In this document: positions 27,709 through 32,000 of the stretch, one piece after another
Layout of the letters: every line of letters starts with the position of its first letter
How positions within the stretch are numbered: position 1 is the stretch's first letter
DNA from: Dickeya solani IPO 2222
Lineage (GTDB): Bacteria > Pseudomonadota > Gammaproteobacteria > Enterobacterales > Enterobacteriaceae
Length of the DNA stretch: 32,000 bases
Assembly (NCBI RefSeq): GCF_001644705.1
Contig: NZ_CP015137.1
Coordinates: 4,260,001 to 4,292,000, forward strand
Reading direction: 5' to 3'
Made by a program: the position numbers and the translations under genes
Notes under the pieces: generated by a model
What the model saw: the letters and a program-made list of their open reading frames with translations, nothing else
The model's database searches: none
What the model was told of the DNA's origin: nothing

Positions 27709-28146
27709 ATGTTCGCCCCGGTTGCCATCATGGTGGCGGGATCGGCGATTATCGCCACCCGCTGTCTGGGTATCGTCCTGACCATTAGCGAACTGGGGCT
27801 AAGCGGCTTTGGCGGCTGGCTCAGCAGCAGCGCCAAACAGTGGGACAGCACGTTGGTGCTGCTGGCCGCGCTGTTGGTGGTATGCTTTGAAATCCGCTGT
27901 GGATTCGCGGTGCTCAGCGGGCTGAACTGGGGGCGCTGGTGTTTCCTGTTGACCCAGTGTCTGGTGACGGTCTACATGCTGACGGCGTCGCTGGTGGAGT
28001 TTCTACCGCCGATCTTTCATGTCAGCGGCGACGGCGTCGGTGAAATCCTGCACCATTTGCTGATGCAGCGGCTGCCGGACTTTCTGCTGATTTTGTTACT
28101 GTTCCTGCCCCGGCGCAGCCAGCGTTTTTTTACGCGCCATCCCTAA
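27709..28146 (+). CDS. ybjO: Inner-membrane protein YbjO (DUF2593)
   Basis: Position (after potI) and C-terminal similarity to E. coli YbjO as recalled (EI.C.F....G..W.RW..LLTQ; H.L.LQ.LPD.L.L.LLF.P..S.RFF). The start is uncertain. I took the first in-frame ATG (27709). The E. coli protein has about 18 more N-terminal residues. The ORF-track GTG at 27523 overlaps potI and is unlikely. Confidence 0.75.
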   Translation: MFAPVAIMVAGSAIIATRCLGIVLTISELGLSGFGGWLSSSAKQWDSTLVLLAALLVVCFEIRCGFAVLSGLNWGRWCFLLTQCLVTVYMLTASLVEFLPPIFHVSGDGVGEILHHLLMQRLPDFLLILLLFLPRRSQRFFTRHP

Positions 28147-28207
28147 CGTTTACTCGCTGTCGCTAACTTTTACGCGCTATCGCTAACTTTTATGCGCTAT
28201 CGCTAAC
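28128..28207 (+). repeat. Four tandem copies of a 20-bp unit; the first copy is the last 17 nt of ybjO plus its stop codon
   Basis: ttttacgcgccatccctaac (28128-28147, containing the ybjO TAA at 28144-28146), gtttactcgctgtcgctaac (28148-28167), ttttacgcgctatcgctaac (28168-28187) and ttttatgcgctatcgctaac (28188-28207). A partial copy tttcccgcgcgg follows. Confidence 0.9.
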
Positions 28208-28271
28208 TTTCCCGCGCGGGGGTGATACAATCAGCCCCCTTTTGATATTGACGACAGATTTCAGATTTTCC

Positions 28272-29402
28272 ATGCAATGTGCCCGCTATAACGACGGCTT
28301 GTGCCGTTCCTGTCAATGGCTGGAAACCGCCTATCCGCAGCAGGTAACCGATAAGCAGCAGCATCTGCTCGGGTTGCTGGCCGCGCATTCGGTTCAACGT
28401 TGGCTGACGCCGGTAACCTCGGCGGACGTCGCTTTTCGCAATAAAGCCAAGATGGTGGTCAGCGGCAGCGTTGAACGCCCGCTGCTGGGGATGCTGCATC
28501 GTGACGGTTCGACGGTGGACCTCTGTGACTGCCCGCTGTATCCCGACAGTTTTGCTCCGGTTTTTAGTGTATTGAAAGCGTTTATCGCCCGCGCCGGGTT
28601 GACCCCCTATAACGTCGCCCGACGTCGGGGCGAACTGAAATACCTGCTGTTGACACAAAGCACCCTGAGCGGCCACTTCATGCTGCGCTTTGTGCTGCGC
28701 TCCGAAACCAAGCTGACGCAACTGCGCGCCGCGCTGCCCTGGCTACAGCAGCAGTTGCCACAGTTGGCGGTGATATCGGCCAATATTCAACCTGTCCATC
28801 AGGCGATACTGGAAGGGGAACAGGAGATTCCGCTGACGGAAGCACAGGCGCTGGAAGAGCGCTTTAATCAGGTGCCGTTGTATATCCGGCCGCAAAGTTT
28901 CTTCCAGACCAATCCACAGGTGGCGGCCGCGTTGTATGACACCGCCCGGCAGTGGGCGTCGACGTTGCCGGTGCGCAGCCTGTGGGATCTGTTCTGTGGG
29001 GTGGGCGGATTCGGCCTGCATTGCGCCAGCTCGGATACGCCGCTCACCGGCATTGAGATCAGCGCGGAAGCCATCGCCTGTGCCCGACGTTCGGCGGCGC
29101 AACTGGGGCTGACAAACGTCAGTTTCGCTGCGCTGGATTCTACCCGTTTTGCCGTTGGCGAAACCCAGACGCCGGATCTGGTGATCGTCAATCCGCCCCG
29201 GCGTGGCATCGGCGCCGAATTGTGCGATTACCTGAGCCGCATGGCGCCGCCGTATCTGTTGTACTCCAGCTGCAATGCCGAGAGTATGGCGAGAGACATG
29301 GCTCGCCTGCCGGCGTACCAGATACAGCAGGCGCAGCTATTCGATATGTTCCCGCATACCGCGCACTATGAGGTGCTGGCGCTGCTGCAACGGCGCGTTT
29401 AA
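28272..29402 (+). CDS. rlmC: 23S rRNA (uracil747-C5)-methyltransferase RlmC (RumB)
   Basis: The start is trimmed to ATG 28272 ([18 protein letters not shown]; E. coli RlmC starts MQCALYDAGRCRSCQW as recalled). Conserved blocks include the 4-Cys cluster, [19 protein letters not shown]...[36 protein letters not shown] and [14 protein letters not shown]. No clear SD is present. Confidence 0.93.
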   Translation: MQCARYNDGLCRSCQWLETAYPQQVTDKQQHLLGLLAAHSVQRWLTPVTSADVAFRNKAKMVVSGSVERPLLGMLHRDGSTVDLCDCPLYPDSFAPVFSVLKAFIARAGLTPYNVARRRGELKYLLLTQSTLSGHFMLRFVLRSETKLTQLRAALPWLQQQLPQLAVISANIQPVHQAILEGEQEIPLTEAQALEERFNQVPLYIRPQSFFQTNPQVAAALYDTARQWASTLPVRSLWDLFCGVGGFGLHCASSDTPLTGIEISAEAIACARRSAAQLGLTNVSFAALDSTRFAVGETQTPDLVIVNPPRRGIGAELCDYLSRMAPPYLLYSSCNAESMARDMARLPAYQIQQAQLFDMFPHTAHYEVLALLQRRV

Positions 29403-29443
29403 CACGATGACCGTTTAACGTGATAACCGTTTAACGTGATAAC
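29396..29443. repeat. Three tandem copies of a 16-bp unit that contain the stop codons of both convergent genes (rlmC and the MFS gene)
   Basis: cgtttaacacgatgac (29396-29411, carrying the rlmC TAA at 29400-29402), cgtttaacgtgataac (29412-29427) and cgtttaacgtgataac (29428-29443, carrying the MFS stop TTA complement at 29431-29433). Confidence 0.92.
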
Positions 29444-30624
29444 AGGGAGCGCGGCATCAGCGCCATACCGGCCAGCGTGATCAGGCAGATTAGCGCACCA
29501 GCGTAAAAGGTGGAGGCCGCGCCCCATACGTCCCACAGAATTCCGGCGCCCAGGCTGGCCAGCAGCAACGCCACGCCGCTTATCAGGTTGAAGACACCGT
29601 AGGCGGTTCCGCGTAGATCCGCTGGCGCAGTGTTAGCCACCATGGCGGCCAGCAGCCCCTGCGTCATTCCCATGTGTACGCCCCATAACGCGACGCCGAC
29701 AATGACGCTGAGCCAGTGCTGGCTGACGGCGAGCACCACATCGGCGGCAATCAGCACCAGCAGGCCCATTTTCAGTAGGCTAGGATGATCCATCCGATCG
29801 GAAAGCTTACCGAATGGATAGGCGGAGCAGGCATAAACCAGATTCATCGCCACCATTACCAGCGGAATCAACGCTATGGGAATCTCGACCTGCTGCGCGC
29901 GCAGCACCAAAAAGGCTTCACTAAAGCGCGCCAGCGTAAATACTGCACCCAGGCCGACCACCCACCAGTACTGGGCGGACAAACGTTTCAGGTTAGCACG
30001 CCGGATCGGGTTGGTGCGTTTGGCCGCACCGGCGTGTTCGGGCTCGCGCAGACCGAAAAACAGCAGGGCAATCGCCATCGCGCCGGGGATGAATGCCACC
30101 CAAAAGATGGCGCGAAAATCGTTCTGCCACAGCAACATCAGCACGACCGCCAGCAGCGGACCGGCGAAGGCGCCGATGGTATCCAACGACTGACGCAGGC
30201 CAAACGCCGCACCCCGAATATCGGGCGGCGTGACGTCTGCGACTAGCGCATCGCGCGGCGCGCCGCGAATGCCTTTGCCCACCCGGTCGAGCAAGCGAGC
30301 GCCCAGCACCAGACCGGATGAGGTCGCAAGCGCAAACAAGGGTTTGCTGACGGCGCCCAGACCATATCCGAGCAGCGCCAGCCCTTTGCGTTTGCCGAGG
30401 TAATCGCTGAGCGCACCGGAGAACACTTTGATGATCAGCGCGGTCGCTTCCGCCAACCCCTCAATCAATCCGATGAAGACCACGCTGGTGCCGAGAACCG
30501 TGGTCATGAATAACGGCAGCAGGCTGTGGATCATTTCCGACGAAATGTCCATCAACAGGCTGACGCCGCCCAATACCCATACCCCTGTCGGGATGCGTTT
30601 CAATGTTGAAAAATCCAGCGACAT
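29431..30624 (-). CDS. Major facilitator superfamily transporter, 12-TM type, substrate unknown
   Basis: A 397-aa hydrophobic protein. The loop 2-3 motif is MFS-like (GALSDYLGKRKG; LLDRVGKGIRGAPRDAL). It has no counterpart at this position in E. coli, where rlmC abuts artJ. I do not recognise a specific orthologue. Confidence 0.8.
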   Translation of the reverse strand: MSLDFSTLKRIPTGVWVLGGVSLLMDISSEMIHSLLPLFMTTVLGTSVVFIGLIEGLAEATALIIKVFSGALSDYLGKRKGLALLGYGLGAVSKPLFALATSSGLVLGARLLDRVGKGIRGAPRDALVADVTPPDIRGAAFGLRQSLDTIGAFAGPLLAVVLMLLWQNDFRAIFWVAFIPGAMAIALLFFGLREPEHAGAAKRTNPIRRANLKRLSAQYWWVVGLGAVFTLARFSEAFLVLRAQQVEIPIALIPLVMVAMNLVYACSAYPFGKLSDRMDHPSLLKMGLLVLIAADVVLAVSQHWLSVIVGVALWGVHMGMTQGLLAAMVANTAPADLRGTAYGVFNLISGVALLLASLGAGILWDVWGAASTFYAGALICLITLAGMALMPRSLLSR

Positions 30625-30738
30625 CGTTTTCCTGCCTGAAGGCGAAGAGCCGGTAAGAAGAAAACGCTATTAAATCAATCCGCAGTGGATTTGATAAGGA
30701 CAAAATGCAAGACGGGCGAAAATCGGGGAGCGGCGTGG

Positions 30739-30766
30739 CACGCTGCCGGCGGCAACCGGCAGCGTG
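30739..30766. other. GC-rich 11-bp-stem hairpin downstream of artJ, a possible terminator or REP-like element
   Basis: cacgctgccgg (30739-30749) pairs with ccggcagcgtg (30756-30766) around loop cggcaa. On the - strand a T-rich stretch precedes rather than follows the hairpin, so its terminator function is unclear. Confidence 0.35.
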
Positions 30767-30795
30767 AAAATAACGGCATAAAAACAAGGGCCGGT

Positions 30796-31545
30796 TTACT
30801 GCTGCGGGAACCACTTGTCGTTGATGGCTTTGTAAGCCCCGTTGGCTTTGATGGCGTTCAGCGCGCCGTTCAATTTCTCCAGCAACGCCTGGTTGTCCGG
30901 GCGCACGGCAATACCCAGCCCGATGCCGAAATAGGCGGGATCGGTGACTTTCTCGCCCACGGTAGCCAGATCCGGGTTGGTTTTCAGCCACTCGTTCACC
31001 ACGGCGGTATCGCCGAACACGCCGTCCAGACGACCGTTTTTCAGGTCGATCAGCGCATTCTGGTAACTGTCGTACGGAACGGTTTTCACTTCAGGATGTT
31101 TGTCTTGCAGGAATGTCTGGTGGGTCGTCCCGTTTTCCATGCCGATGCGTTTGCCTTTCAGGTCCGCCAGCGAGTGAAACTTACCTTTCTGAGCGATGAC
31201 GATTGCTGAATTGGCATAGTACGGTTGGGTAAATGCTACCTGCTTGCTGCGTTCCGGCGTGATGTCCATTCCGGAAATAACGGCGTCATAACGGCGGAAT
31301 TTCAGCGCCGGGATCAGGCTGTCAAACGCCTGATTGGTGAACGTACAGGTGGCCTGCAATTGTTTGCACAGCGCGTTGGCGAGATCGATATCAAACCCGA
31401 CGATCTGGTTGCCGGCATCCAGCGATTCGAACGGCGGATACGTCGCCGACGCGGCGAAGCGGATAGTGTCAGCCGCCATCGCGTTAAAGGTCATCGTGCT
31501 AAAGGTAGCGCTGGCCAGCAGCGCGGCAAGGACGAGTTTCTTCAT
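30796..31545 (-). CDS. artJ: Arginine ABC transporter periplasmic binding protein ArtJ
   Basis: MKKLVLAALLAS... with near-identical blocks to E. coli ArtJ as recalled (SATYPPFES; IVGFDIDLA.ALCKQ.QA.CTFTN.AFDSLIP.LKFR.YDAVISGMDITPERSKQV; GKRIGMENGTTHQ; GVFGDTAVVNEWLKTNP). Confidence 0.95.
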   Translation of the reverse strand: MKKLVLAALLASATFSTMTFNAMAADTIRFAASATYPPFESLDAGNQIVGFDIDLANALCKQLQATCTFTNQAFDSLIPALKFRRYDAVISGMDITPERSKQVAFTQPYYANSAIVIAQKGKFHSLADLKGKRIGMENGTTHQTFLQDKHPEVKTVPYDSYQNALIDLKNGRLDGVFGDTAVVNEWLKTNPDLATVGEKVTDPAYFGIGLGIAVRPDNQALLEKLNGALNAIKANGAYKAINDKWFPQQ

Positions 31546-31616
31546 GGGGTACTCCAGCGTAACTTATGTTTACCAACGTTATGGCCGTTGAAAAAGATGA
31601 CGACACCATGCCACCA

Positions 31617-31655
31617 AATGTATTTATATGCAAATATAATGATTATAAATTCAAT
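31617..31655. promoter_or_regulatory. Pair of ARG boxes (ArgR operator) in the artJ promoter region
   Basis: Box 1 is aatgtatttatatgcaaa (31617-31634). A 3-bp spacer tat follows. Box 2 is aatgattataaattcaat (31638-31655). Against the 18-bp consensus WNTGAATWWWWATTCANW, box 2 has one mismatch and box 1 has two. The 3-bp spacing is canonical. The pair lies 72-110 bp upstream of the artJ ATG. Confidence 0.6.
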
Positions 31656-31760
31656 TAAGTTTGTGGGTGGATAGCGTGAATAAGGCGAGATTAGGATAAT
31701 TTTATAAAAATAAAGCAGATTTAAATTGGTGACTCGTCCGAATGAAATGAATCCCATGCA

Positions 31761-31788
31761 TAAAAAACGCCGGCACGAAAGCCGGCGT
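31761..31788 (-). terminator. Rho-independent terminator downstream of artM
   Basis: On the - strand acgccggc pairs with gccggcgt around loop tttcgt, followed by TTTTTTA. It lies about 30 nt after the artM stop. Confidence 0.85.
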
Positions 31789-31819
31789 AATCAGTGATTA
31801 GGTCATGCTCACTGATGGT

Positions 31820-32000
31820 TCAGGTGTTGCGCTGTTCGAAACGCAACGCGCGCCGCTCGACCAGGCGCATCAGTAGCGTCAGCAGGCCATTGACGCACAG
31901 GTAGACGACGCCTGCCGCGCCAAACACCAGCACATCATAGGTGCGGCCGTACAGTAACTGGCCGTAGCCCATCACTTCCATCAGCGTAATGGTGTAAGCC
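31820..32000 (-). CDS. artM: Arginine ABC transporter permease ArtM, C-terminal 59 codons only (5' end beyond the window)
   Basis: The reverse-strand translation AYTITLMEVMGYGQLLYGRTYDVLVFGAAGVVYLCVNGLLTLLMRLVERRALRFEQRNT* matches the E. coli ArtM C-terminus as recalled (AYTITLMEVMGYSQLLYGRTYDVMVFGAAGIIYLVVNGLLTLMMRLIERKALAFERRN). It is absent from the ORF track because it is short and truncated. Confidence 0.9.
   Translation of the reverse strand, partial: AYTITLMEVMGYGQLLYGRTYDVLVFGAAGVVYLCVNGLLTLLMRLVERRALRFEQRNT

Overview
This window looks like a core chromosomal segment of an Enterobacterales genome. Gene content and order follow the E. coli neighbourhood rimO-yliI-gstB-dacC-deoR ... 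ybjL-ybjM-grxA-nfsA-rimK-ybjN-potFGHI-ybjO-rlmC-artJ-artM. A folE-yeiB-sanA block and two tandem chemoreceptor genes sit on the left. GC content looks mid-50s % by eye (not computed). The tandem MCPs plus an rhlA homologue suggest a plant-associated Pectobacteriaceae (Dickeya-like) host, but that is inference only. I call 29 CDS (one truncated by the window edge). Most are identified by near-colinear similarity to E. coli proteins as I recall them. Several ORF-track starts were trimmed to internal start codons that match homologue N-termini and have Shine-Dalgarno (SD) sequences. I recognised no rRNA, tRNA, CRISPR array, IS/transposase, integrase, prophage or defence genes. I do not see a convincing novel multi-gene system. 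Three things deserve a second look. (1) An AT-rich single-gene islet between metI and dacC encodes an orphan RhlA-family (HAA surfactant synthase) alpha/beta-hydrolase with a long AT-rich control region. (2) Six short tandem-repeat arrays (units of 14-20 bp) occur in the window, and four of them physically include the start or stop codon of a called gene. (3) Two tandem MCP paralogues have diverged sensor domains, different C-terminal pentapeptides, and an isolated 23-nt identity patch. The other findings are regulatory details: ARG boxes at artJ, intra-operon hairpins after the binding-protein genes, and orphan terminator-like hairpins. All homology statements need confirmation by BLAST/HMM, which I could not run.
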